Origin: the human T2T-CHM13v2.0 reference genome, Homo sapiens
DNA: 64,000 nt
NCBI RefSeq assembly: GCF_009914755.1
Contig: NC_060928.1
Direction: 5' to 3' (one strand)
Position 1 is the stretch's first letter. Each line of letters starts with the position of its first letter. Position numbers and translations under genes: made by a program. Shown piece by piece: positions 1 through 15,000 of the stretch. The notes beneath the pieces are model-generated. The model was not told the DNA's origin. It did no database searches and was given only the letters and a program-made list of their open reading frames with translations.

Positions 1-85
1 GATATTTTATGTACAGTTTATTATAAATGTTTGGGTAGTTTCATATTTGATGTACTGTATATAATACATAATTTGGGCACTTTGA

Positions 86-3000
86 TATTTTATGTACAGT
101 ATATAATACATACTTTGGGTAATTTTATATTTTATGTACAGTATATAATACATACTTTGGATACTTTGATATTTAATGTACAGTATATAATGCACACTTT
201 GCGTACTGTGATATTTTATGTAAAGTATGTAATACATACTGTGGGTAGTTTGATATTTTATGTACAGTATGTAATACACACTTTGGGTACTTTGATATTT
301 TATGTATAGTATATAATACATACTTTGGGTACTTTGATATTTTATGTACAGTATGTAATACATAATTTGGGTAATTTAATATTTTATGTATAGTATATAA
401 TACATACTTTGGGTACTTTGATATTTTATGGACAGTGTATAATACATACTTTGGGTACTTTGATATTTTATGTACAGTGTATAATATATAGTTTGGGTAC
501 TTTGATATTTTATATACAGTATATAATACATACTTTGGGTACTTTGATATTTTATGTACAGTATATAATATATAGTTTGGGTACTTTGATATTTTATGTA
601 CGGTATATAATACATACTTTGGGTACTTTGATATTTTATGTACAGTATATAATACATACTTTGGGTACTTTGATATTTTATGTACAGTATACAATATATA
701 GTTTGAGTACTTTGATATTTTATGTGCAGTATAAAATATATAGTGTTGGTAGTTTGATGTTTTATGTACAGTATATATTTTGAGTACTTTGATATTTTAT
801 GTACAGTTTATTATAAATGTTTGGGTACTTTCATATTTGATGTACAGTATATAATACATAATTTGGGCACTTTGATATTTTATGTACAGTATATAATACA
901 TACTTTGGGTACTTTTATATTTTATGTACAGTATATAATACATACTTTGGGTACTTTGATATTTAATGTACAGTATATAATACACACTTTGCGTACTTTG
1001 ATATTTTATGTAACGTATGTAATACATACTTTGGGTAGTTTGATATTTTATGTACAGTATGTAGTACACACTTTGGATACTTTGATATTTTATGTACAGT
1101 ATGTAAAACATACTTTGGGTACTTTGATATTTTATGTACAGTATATAATATATAGTTTGGGTACTTTGATATTTTATATACAGTATATAATACATACTTT
1201 TGGTACTTTGATATTTTATGTACAGTATATAATACGTACTTTGGGTACTTTGATATTTTATGTACAGTATGCAATATATATTTTGAGTACTTTGATATTT
1301 TATGTACAGTTTATTATAAATGTTTGGGTAGTTTCATATTTGACGTACAGTATATTATACATAATTTGGGCACTTTGATATTTTATGTACAGTATATAAT
1401 ACATACTTTGGGTAATTTTATATTTTATGTACAGTATATATTACATACTTTGGGTACTTTGATATTTAATGTACAGTATATAATGCACACTTTGCGTACT
1501 GTGATATTTTATGTAAAGTATGTAATACATACTGTGGGTAGTTTGATATTTTATGTACAGTATGTAATACACACTTTGGGTACTTTGATATTTTATGTAC
1601 AGTATGTAAAACGTACTTTGGGTAGTTTGATATTTTGTGATGAGTATATAATACACATTTTGGGTACTTTGATATTTTATGTACAGGATATAATGCATAT
1701 TTTGGGTACTTTGATAGTTTATGTACAGTATATAATACATACTTTGGGTACTTTGATATTTTATGTATAGTATAAAATATATAGTTCGGGTAGTTTCATA
1801 TTTTATGTACAGTATGTAAAACATACTTTGGGGAGTTTGATATTTTATAAAAAGTATATAATACACATTTTGTGTACTTTGATATTTTATGTACAGTATA
1901 TAATACATACTTTGGGTACTTTGATATTTTATGTACAGTATATATTACATACTTTGGGTACTTTGATATTTTATGTACAGTATACAATATATAGTTTGAG
2001 TACTTTGATATTTTATGTACTGTATAAAATGTATAGTTTTGGTAGTTTGATGTTTTATGTACAGTATATATTTTGAGTACTTTGATATTTTATGTACAGT
2101 TTATTATAAATGTTTCGGTACTTTCATATTTTACGTACAGTATATAATACATACTTTGGGCACTTTGATGTTTTATGTACAGTATATAATACATACTTTG
2201 GGTTCTTTGATATTTTATGTACAGCATATAATACATAATTTGGGGACTTTTATATTTTATGTACATTATATTATACATACTTTGGGTACTTTTATTTTTT
2301 ATGTACGGTATATAATACATACTTTGGGTACTTTGATATATTATGTACAGTATATAATACATACTTTGGGTACTTTGATATATTATGTACAGTATATAAT
2401 ACATACTAAGGGTACTTTGACATTTTATGTACAGTACATAATACATACTTTGGGTTCTTTGATATTTTATGTACAGTATATAATGCATACTTTGGATACT
2501 TTGATATTTTATGTACAGTATATAATACATACTTTGGGTACTTTGATATTTTATGTACAGTATGTAATATATAATTTGGGTACTTTAATATTTTATGTAT
2601 AGTATATAATACATACTTTGGGTACTTTGATATTTTATGGACAGTGTATAATACATACTTTGGGTACTTTGATATTTTATGTACAGTATATAATATATAG
2701 TTTGGGTACTTTGACATTTTATATACAGTATATAATACATACTTTGGGTACTTTGATATTTTGTGTACAGTATATAATACATACTTTGGGTACTTTGATA
2801 TTTTATGCACAGTATACAATATATAGTTTGAGTACTTTGATATTTTATGTACTGTATAAAATATATAGTTTTGGTACTTTGATATTTTATGTACAGTATA
2901 TAGTTTGAGTACTTTGATATTTTATGTACAGTTTGTTAAAAATGTTTGGGTGCTTTCATATTTTATGTACAGTATATAATACATACTTTGGGCACTTTGA

Positions 3001-6000
3001 TATCTTATGTACAGTATATAATACATATTTTGGGTACTCTGATATTTTATGTACAGTGTATAATACATAATTTGTGTACTTTGATATTTTATGTACAGTA
3101 TATAATACATACGTTGGGTACTTTGATATATTATGTACAGTATATAATAAATACTTTGGGTACTTTGATATTTTATGTACAGTATATAATCCATAGTTTG
3201 TGTACTTTGATATTTTATGTACAGTATATAATACATACTTTGGGTACTTTGATATTTTATGTACAGTATATAATACATACTTTGGGTACTTTCATGTTTT
3301 ATGTACAGTATATAATATATAGTTTGGGTACTTTGATATTTTATGTACGGTATATAATACATACTTTGGGTACTTTGATATTTTATGTACAGTATATAAT
3401 ACATAATTTGGGTACTTTGATATTTTATGTACAGTATACAATATATAGTTTGAGTACTTTGATATTTTATGTGCAGTATAAAATATATAGTGTTGGTAGT
3501 TTGATGTTTTATGTACAGTATATATTTTGAGTACTTTGATATTTTATGTACGGTATATAATACATACTTTGGGAACTTTGATATTTTATGTAAAGTATGT
3601 AAAACATACTTTGGGTACTTTGATATTTTATGTACAGGATATAATGCATACTTTGGGTACTTTGATAGTTTATGTACAGTATATAATACATACTTTGGGT
3701 AGTTTGATATTTTATGTATAGTATAAAATATATAGTTTGGGTAGTTTGATATTTTATGTACAGTATGTAAAAGATACTTTGGGGAGTTTGATATTATATG
3801 TACAGTATGTAAAACATGCTTTGGGGAGTTTGATATTTTATGAACAGTATATAATACACATTTTGTGTACTTTGATATTTTATGTACAGTATATAATACA
3901 AACTTTGGGTTCTTTGATATTTTATGTACAGAATATAATGCATAGTTTTAGGTACTTTTATATTTTATGTACAGTATATAATACATATTTTGGGTACTTT
4001 GATATTTTATGTACAGTATATAATACATACTTTGGGAACTTTGATATTTTATGTACAGTATGTAATACATACTTTGGGTACTTTGATATTTTATGTACAG
4101 TATATAATACATACTATTGGTACTTTGATATTTTATGTACAGTATACAATATGTAGTTTGAGTACTTTGATATTTTATGTCCAGTATAAAATATATAGAT
4201 TTCATACTTTGATATTTTTGTACTGAATGTAGTTTGAGTACTTTGATATTTTATGTACACTTTATTATAAAAGTTTGGGTACTTTGATATTTTACGTACA
4301 GTATATAATACATACTTTGGGCACTTTGATGTTTTATGTACAGTATATAATACATACTTTGGGTTCTTTGATATTTTATGTACAGCATATAATACATAAT
4401 TTGGGGACTTTTATATTTTATGTACATTATAATATACATACTTTCGGTACTTTTATATTTTATGTACGGTATATAATACACACTTTGGGTACTTTGATAT
4501 TTTATGTACAGTATATAATACATACTTTGGGTACTCTGATATTTTATGTACAGTATAAAATATATAGTTTGAGTACTTTGATATTTTATGTACTGTATAA
4601 AATATATAGTTTTCGTACTTTGATATTTTATGTACAGTATATAGTTTGAGTACTTTGATATTTTATGTACCGTTTTTTATAAATGTTTGGGTGCTTTCAT
4701 ATTTTATGTACAGTATATAATACATAAAAAGGGCACTTTGATATTTTATGTACAGTATATAATACATACTTTGGGTAGTCTGATATTTTATGTACAGTGT
4801 ATAATACATACTTTGGGTACTTTGATATTTTATGTACAATATATAATACATACGTTGGGAACTTTGATATATTATGTACAGTATATAATACATGCTTTGG
4901 GTACTTTGATATTTTATCTACAGTATACAACACATAGTTTGTGTACTTTGATATTTTATGTACAGTATATAATACATACTTTGGGTACTTTGATATTTTA
5001 TGTACAGTATATAATACATACTTTGGGTACTTTCATATTTTATGTACAGTATATAATGCATAGTTTGGTTACTTTGATATTTTATCTACAGCTTATAATA
5101 CATACTTTGGATAGTTTGATACTTTATGTACAGTATATAATACATACTTTGGGTACTTTGATATTTTATGTACAGTATACAATATATAGTTTGAGTACTT
5201 TGATATTTTATGTGCAGTATAAAATATATAGTTTTGGTACTTTCATATTTTATGTACAGTATATAGTTTGAGTACTTTGATATTTTATGTACAGTTTTTT
5301 ATAAATGTTTGGGTGCTTTCATATTTTATGTACAGTATATAATACATACTAAGGGCACTTTGATATTTTATGTACAGTATATAATACATACTTTGGGTAC
5401 TTTGATATTTTATGTACGTCATATAATATATAGTTTGGGTACTTTGATATTTTATGTACAGAATATAATACATACCTTGGGTACTTTGATATTTTATGTA
5501 CAGTATATAATATACAGTTTGGGTATTTTGATATTTTATGTACAGTATATAATACATACTTTGGGTACTTTGATATTTTATGTACAGTATATAATACATA
5601 CTTTGGGAACTTTGATATTTTATGTACAGTATGTAAAACATACTTTGGGTACTTTGATATTTTATGTACAGTATATAATACATACTATTGGTACTTTGAT
5701 ATTTTATGTCCAGTATAAAATATATAGATTTCGTACTTTGATATTTTATGTACAGAATATAGTTTGAGTACTTTGATATTTTATGTACAATTTATTATAA
5801 AAGTTTGGGTACTTTCATATTTTACGTACAGTATATAATACATACTTTGGGCACTTTGATGTTTTATGTACAGTATATAATACATACTTTAGGTTCTTTT
5901 ATATTTTTTGTACAGCATATACTACAAAATTTGGGGACTTTTATATTTTATGTACATTATATAATACATTCTTTGGGTACTTTTATATTTTATGTACGGT

Positions 6001-9000
6001 ATATAATACATACTTTGGGTACTTTGATATATTATGTACAGTATATAATACATACTTTGGGTAATTTAATATATTATGTACAGTATATAATACATACTTA
6101 GGGTACTTTGACATTTTATGTACACTATATAATACATACTTTGGGTACTTTGATATTTTATGAACAGTATATAATACATACTTTGGGTACTTTGATATTT
6201 TATGTACTGTATATAATACATACTTTGGGTACTTTTATATTTTATGTACAGTATATAATATATAGTCTGGGTACTTTGATATTTTATGTACGTTATATAA
6301 TACATACTTTGGGTACTTTGATATTTTATGTATAGTATATAATACATACTTTGGGTACTTTGATATTGTATGTACAGTATAGAATATATAGTTTGAGTAC
6401 TTTGATATTTTATGTACTGTATAAAATATATACTTTTGGTACTTTGATATTTTATGTATAGTATATAGTTTGAGTACTTTTATATTTTATGTACAGTTTT
6501 TTATAAATATTTGGGTGCTTTCATATTTTATGTACAGTATATAATACATACTAAGCGCACTTTGATATTTTATGTACAGTATATAATACATACTTTGGTT
6601 ACTCTGATATTTTATGTACAGTGTATAATACATACTTTGAGTACTTTGATATTTTATGTACAATATATAATACATACGTTGGGAACTTTGATATATTATG
6701 TACAGTATATAATTCATACTTTGGGTACTTTGATATTTTATGTACAGTATATAATACATAGTTTGTGTACTTTGATATTTTATGTACAGTATATAATACA
6801 TACTTTGGGTACTTTGATATTTTATATACAGTATATAATACATACTTTGGGTACTTTCATATTTTATGTACAGTATATAATATATAGTTTGGGTACTTTG
6901 ATATTTTATCTACAGCTTATAATACATACTTTGGGTACTTTGATATTTTATGTACAGTATATAATACATACTTTGGGTAGTTTGATATTTTATGTACAGT
7001 ATACGATATATAGTTTGAGTACTTTGATATTTTATGTGCACTATAAAATATATAGTTTTGGTACTTTGATATTTTATGTACAGTTTATAGTTTGAGTACT
7101 TTGATATTTTATGTACAGTTTATTATAAATGTTTGGGTACTTTCATATTTGATGTACAGTATATAATACATAATTTGGGTACTTTTCTATTTTATGTACA
7201 GTATATAATACATACTTTGGGTACTTTGATATTTAATGTACAGTATATAATACACACTTTCCGTACTTTGATATTTTATGTAAAGCATGTAATACATACT
7301 TTGGGCAGTTTGATATTTTATGTACAGTATGTAATACACACTTTGGGTACTTTGATATTTTATGTACAGTATGTAAAACATACTTTGGGTAGTTTGATAT
7401 ATTATGTACAGTATATAATACATACTTTGGGTACTCTGATATTTTATGTACAGTGTATAATACATACTTTGGGTACTTTGATATTTTATGTACAGTATAT
7501 AATACATACATTGGGTACTTTGATATATTATGTACAGTATATAATACTTACTTGGGGTACTTTGATATTTTATGTACAGTATATAATACATACTTTGTGT
7601 ACTTTGATATTTTATGTACAGTATATAATACATACTTTGGGTATCTTGATATTTTATGTACAGTATATAATGCATACTTTGGGTACTTTGATATTTTATG
7701 TACAGTATATAATGCATACTTTGAGTACTTTGATATTTTATGTACAGTATGTAATACATACTTTGGGTACTTTGATATTTTATGTATAGTATATAATACA
7801 TACTTTGTGTAGTTTGATATTTTATGTACAGTATACAATATATAGTTTGAGTACTTTGATATTTTATGTCCAGTATAAAATATACAGTTTTCCTAATTGA
7901 TATTTTATGTACAGAATATAGTTTGAGTACTTTGATATTTTATGTACACTTTATTATAAATGTTTGGGTACTTTCATATTTTATGTACAGTATATAATAC
8001 ATACTTTGGTCTCTTTGATGTTTTATGTACAGTATATAATACATACTTTGGGTTCTTTGATATTTTATGTGCAGAATATAATGCATAGTTTTAGGTACTT
8101 TTATATTTTATGTACAGTATATAATACATACTTTGGGTACTTTGATATTTTATGTACAGTATATAATACATACTTTGGGTACTTTGATATTTTATGTACA
8201 GTATATAATACATATTATTGGTACTTTGATATTTTATGTACAGTATACAATATATAGTTTGAGTACTTTGATATTTTATGTCCAGTATAAAATACATAGA
8301 TTTCATACTTTGATATTTTATGTACAGAATATAGTTTGAGTACTTTGATATTTTATGTACACTTTATCATAAAAGTTTGGGTACTTTCATATTTTACGTA
8401 CAGTATATAATACATACTTTGGGCACTTTGATGTTTTATGTACAGTATATAATACATACTTTGGGTCCTTTGATATGTTATGTACAGCATATAGTACATA
8501 ATTTGGGGACTTTTATATTTTATGTACATTATATAATACATACTTTGGGTACTTTTATATTTTATGTATGGTATATAATACATACTTTGGGTACTTTGAT
8601 ATATTATGTACAGTATAAAATACATACTTTGGGTACTTTGATATATTATGTACAGTATATAATACATACTTAGGGTACTTTGACATTTTATGTACAGTAC
8701 ATAATACATACTTTGGGTACTTTGATATTTTATGTACAGTATATAATACATACTTTGGGTACTTTGATATTTTATGTACAGTATATAATACATGTTTTGG
8801 GTACTTTTACATTTTATGTACAGTATATAATATATAGTTTGGGTACTTTGATATTTTATGTACGGTATATAATACATACTTTGGGTACTTTGATATTTTA
8901 TGTACAGTATATAATACATACTTTGGGTACTTTGATATTTTATGTACAGTATATAATACATACTTTGGGTACTTTGATATTTAATGTACTGTATATAATA

Positions 9001-12000
9001 CACACTTTGCGTACTTTGATATTTTATGTAAAGTATGTAATACATACTTTGGGTACTTTGATATTTTATGTACAGTATGTAATACACGCTTTGGGTACTT
9101 TGATATTTTATGTAGAGTATGTAAAACATACTTTGGGTAGTTTGGTATTTTATGATCAGTATATAATACATATTTTGGGTACTTTGATATTTTATGTAGA
9201 GTATATAATACCTACTTTGGGTACTTTGATATTTTATGTACAGTATATAATGCATAATTTGGGTACTTCAATAGTATATGCACAGTATATAATACATACT
9301 TTGGGTAATTTGATATTTTATGTACAGTATATAATGCATACTTTGGGTACTTTGATAGTTTATGTACAGTATACAATACATACTTTAGGTACTTTGATAT
9401 TTTATGTACAGTATATAATATGTAGTTTGGGTACTTTGATATTTTAACTACAGTATATAATACATACTTTGGGTACTTTGATATTTTATCTACAGTATAT
9501 AATAGATATTTTGGGTACTTTGATATATTATGTACAGTATATAATACATAGTTTGGTTACTTTGATATTTTTTGTACAGTATGTAAAACATACTTTGGGG
9601 AGTTTGATATTTTATGAACAGTATATAATACACATTTTGGGTACTTTGATATTTTATGTACGGTATATAATACATACTTTGGGTACTTTGATATTTTATG
9701 TACAGTATATAATTCATACTTTGGGTACTTTGATATTTTATGTACAGTATATAATACATACTTTGGGTACTTTGATATTTTATGAACAGTATATAATACA
9801 TACTTTGGGTACTTTGATATTTTATGTACTGTATATAATACATACTTTGGGTACTTTTATATTTTATGTACAGTATATAATATATAGTTTGGGTACTTTG
9901 ATATTTTATGTAAGGTATATAATACATACTTTGGGTACTTTGATATTTTATGTATAGTATATAATACATACTAAGCGCACTTTGATATTTTATGTACAGT
10001 ATATAATACATACTTTGGTTACTCTGATATTTTATGTACAGTGTATAATACATACTTTGGGTACTTTGATATTTTATGTATAGTATATAGTTTGAGTACT
10101 TTGATATTTTATGTACAGTTTTTTATAAATATTTGGGTGCTTTCATATTTTATGTACAGTATATAATACATACTAAGCGCACTTTGATATTTTATGTACA
10201 GTATATAATACATACTTTGGTTACTCTGATATTTTATGTACAGTGTATAATACATACTTTGGGTACTTTGATATTTTATGTACAATATATAATACATACG
10301 TTGGGAACTTTGATATATTATGTACATTATATAATTCATACCTTGGGTACTTTGATATTTTATGTACAGTATATAATACATAGTTTGTGTACTTTGATAT
10401 TTTATGTACAGTATATAATACATACTTTGGGTACTTTGATATTTTATATACAGTATATAATACATACTTTGGGTACTTTCATATTTTATGTACAGTATAT
10501 AATATATAGTTTGGGTACTTTGATATTTTATCTACAGCTTATAATACATACTTTGGGTACTTTGATATTTTATGTACAGTATATAATACATACTTTGGGT
10601 AGTTTGATATTTTATGTACAGTATACAATATATAGTTTGAGTACTTTGATATTTTATGTGCAGTATAAAATATATAGTTTTGGTACTTTGATATTTTATG
10701 TACAGTTTATCGTTTGAGTACTTTGATATTTTATGTACAGTTTATTATAAATGTTTGGGTACTTTCATATTTGATGTACAGTATATAATACATAATTTGG
10801 GCACTTTGATATTTTATGTACAGTATATAATACATACTTTGGGTACTTTTCTATTTTATGTACAGTATATAATACATACTTTGTTTACTTTGATATTTAA
10901 TGTACAGTATATAATACACAGTTTGCGTACTTTGATATTTTATGTAAAGCATGTAATACTTAATTTGGGCAGTTTGATATTTTATGTACAGTATGTAATA
11001 CACACTTTGGGTACTTTGATATTTTATGTACAGTATGTAAAACATACTTTGGGTAGTTTGATATATTATGTACAGTATATAATGCATACTTTGGGTACTC
11101 TGATATTTTATGTACAGTGTATAATACGTACTTTGGGTACTTTGATATTTTATGTACAGTATATAATACATACATTGGGTACTTTGATATATTATGTACA
11201 GTATATAATACTTACTTTGGGTACTTTGATATTTTATGTACAGTATATAATACATACTTTGTGTACTTTGATATTTTATGTACAGTATATAATACATACT
11301 TTGGGTACTTTGATATTTTATGTACAGTATATAATACATACTTTGGGTATCTTGATATTTTATGTACAGTATATAATGCATACTTTGGGTACTTTGATAT
11401 TTTATGTACAGTATATAATGCATACTTTGAGTACTTTGATATTTTATGTACAGTATGTAATACATACTTTGCGTACTTTGATATTTTATGTATAGTATAT
11501 AATACATACTTTGTGTAGTTTGATATTTTATGTACAGTATACAATATATAGTTTGAGTACTTTGATATTTTATGTCCAGTATAAAATGTATAGTTTTCCT
11601 AATTGATATTTTATGTACAGAATATAGTTTCAGTACTTTGATATTTTATGTACACTTTATTATAAATGTTTGGGTACTTTCATATTTTATGTACAGTATA
11701 TAATACATACTTTGGTCTCTTTGATGTTTTATGTACAGTATATAATACATACTTTGGGTTCTTTGATATTTTATGTGCAGAATATAATGCATAGTTTTAG
11801 GTACTTTTATATTTTATGTACAGTATATAATACATACTTTGGGTACTTTGATATTTTATGTACAGTATATAATACATACTTTGGGAACTTTGATATTTTA
11901 TGTACAGTATGTAATACATACTTTGGGTACTTTGATATTTTATGTACAGTATACAATATATAGTTTGAGTATTTTGATATTTTATGTCCAGTATAAAATA

Positions 12001-15000
12001 CATAGATTTCATACTTTGATATTTTATGTACAGAATATAGTTTGAGTACTTTGATATTTTATGTACACTTTATCATAAAAGTTTGGGTACTTTCATATTT
12101 TACATACAGTATATAATACATACTTTGGGCACTTTGATATTTTATGTACAGTATATAATACATACTTTGGGTTCTTTGATATGTTATGTACAGCATATAA
12201 TACATAATTTGGGGACTTTTATATTTTATGTACATTATATAATACATACTTTGGGTACTTTTATATTTTATGTACGGTATATAATACATACTTTGGGTAC
12301 TTTGATATATTATGTACAGTATATAATACATACTTTGGGTACTTTGATATATTATGTACAGTATATAATACATACTTAGGGTACTTTGACATTTTATGTA
12401 CAGTACATAATACATACCTTGGGTACTTTGATATTTTATGTACAGTATATAATACATACTTTGGGTACTTTGATATTTTATGTACAGTATATAATACATG
12501 TTTTGGGTACTTTTATATTTTATGTACAGTATATAATATATAGTTTGGGTACTTTGATATTTTATGTACGGTATATAATACATACTTTGGGTACTTTGAT
12601 ATTTTATGTTCAGTATATAATACATACTTTGGGTACTTTGATATTTTATGTACAGTATATAATACATACTTTGGGTACTTTGATATTTAATGTACAGTAT
12701 ATAATACACACTTTGCGTACTTTGATATTTTATGTAAAGTATGTAATACATACTTTGGGTACTTTGATATTTTATGTACAGTATGTAATACACGCTTTGG
12801 GTACTTTGATATTTTATGTAGAGTATGTAAAACATACTTTGGGTAGTTTGGTATTTTATGATCAGTATATAATACATATTTTGGGTACTTTGATATTTTA
12901 TGTACAGTATATAATACATACTTTGGGTACTTTGATATTTTATGTACAGTATATAATGCATAATTTGGGTACTTCAATAGTTTATGCACAGTATATAATA
13001 CATACTTTGGGTAATTTGATATTTTATGTACAGTATATAATGCATACTTTGGGTACTTTGATAGTTTATGTACAGTATACAATACATACTTTGGGTACTT
13101 TGATATTTTATGTACAGTATATAATATGTAGTTTGGGTACTTTGATATTTTAACTACAGTATATAATACATACTTTGGGTACTTGGATATTTTATCTACA
13201 GTATATAATAGATACTTTGGGTACTTTGATATATTATGTACAGTATATAATACATAGTTTGGTTACTTTGATATTTTTTGTACAGTATGTAAAACATACT
13301 TTGGGGAGTTTGATATTTTATGAACAGTATATAATACACATTTTGGGTACTTTGATATTTTATGTACGGTATATAATACATACTTTGGGTACTTTGATAT
13401 TTTATGTACAGTATATAATTCATACTTTGGGTACTTTGATATTTTATGTACAGTATATAATACATACATTGGGTACTTCGATATTTTATGTGCAGTACCC
13501 TATATATAGTTTGGGTACTTTGATATTTTATGTCCAGTATAAAATAAATAGTTTTGGTACTTTGATATTTTATATACAGTATATAGTTTGAGTACTTTGA
13601 TATTTAATGTTCAGTTTATTATAAATGTTTGGGTGCTTTCATATTTTATATACAGTATATAATACATACTTTGGGCACTTTGATATTTTCTGTACAGTAT
13701 ATAATACATACTTTGGGTACTTTGATATTTTATGTACGGTATATAATACATACATTGGGTACTTTGATATTTTATGTACAGTATATAATATATAGTTTGG
13801 TTACTTTGATATTTTATATACAGTATATAATATATATTATGTGTACTTTGATATATTATGTACAGTATATAATATATAGTATGGGTTGTTTGATATTTTA
13901 TGTACAGTATATAATATATAGTTTGGGTAGTTTTATATTTTTAGTACAGTATGTAATATATAGTTTGTTTTATTTGATATTTTATGTACAGTATACAATA
14001 TATAGTATTGGTACTTTGATATTTCATGTAAAGTATATAGTTTGAGTACTTTGATATTTTATATGCAGTTTATTATAAATGTTTGGGTACCTTCATATTT
14101 TATGTACAGTATATAATACATACTTTGGGAACTTTTATTTTATGTGCAGTATATAATACATACTTTGGGTACTTTGATATTTCATGTACAGTATATAATA
14201 CACACTTTGGGTACTTTGATATTTTATGTACAGTATATAATACACACTTTGGGTAGTTTGATATTTTATGTACAGTATATAATACATACTTTGGGTACTT
14301 TGATGTATTATGTACAGTATATAATACATACTTTGGGTACTTTGATATTTTATGTACAGTATATAATACATACTTTGGGTACTTTGATATTTTATGTACA
14401 GTATGTAATACACACTTTGGGTACTTTGATATTTTATGTACAGTATGTAAAACATACTTTGGGTAGTTTGATATATTATGTACAGTATATAATACATACT
14501 TTGGGTACTCTGATATTTTATGTACAGTGTATAATACATACTTTGGGTACTTTGATATTTTATGTACAGTATATATTACATACTTTGGGTACTTTGATAT
14601 TTTATGTACAGTATACAATATATAGTTTGAGTACTTTGATATTTTATGTACTGTATAAAATATATAGTTTTGGTACTTTGATATTTTATGTACAGTATAT
14701 AGTTTGAGTACTTTGATATTTTATGTACAGTTTGTTATAAATATTTTGGTGCTTTCATATTTTATGTACTGTATATAATACATGCTTTGGGCACTTTGAT
14801 ATTTTATGTACAGTATATAATACATACTTTGGGTACTCTGATATTTTATGTACAGTGTATAATACATACTTTGGGTACTTTGATATTTTATGTACAGTAT
14901 ATAATACATACATTGGGTACTTTGATATATTATGTACAGTATATAATACTTACTTGGGGTACTTTGATATTTTATGTACAGTATATAATACATAGTTTGT

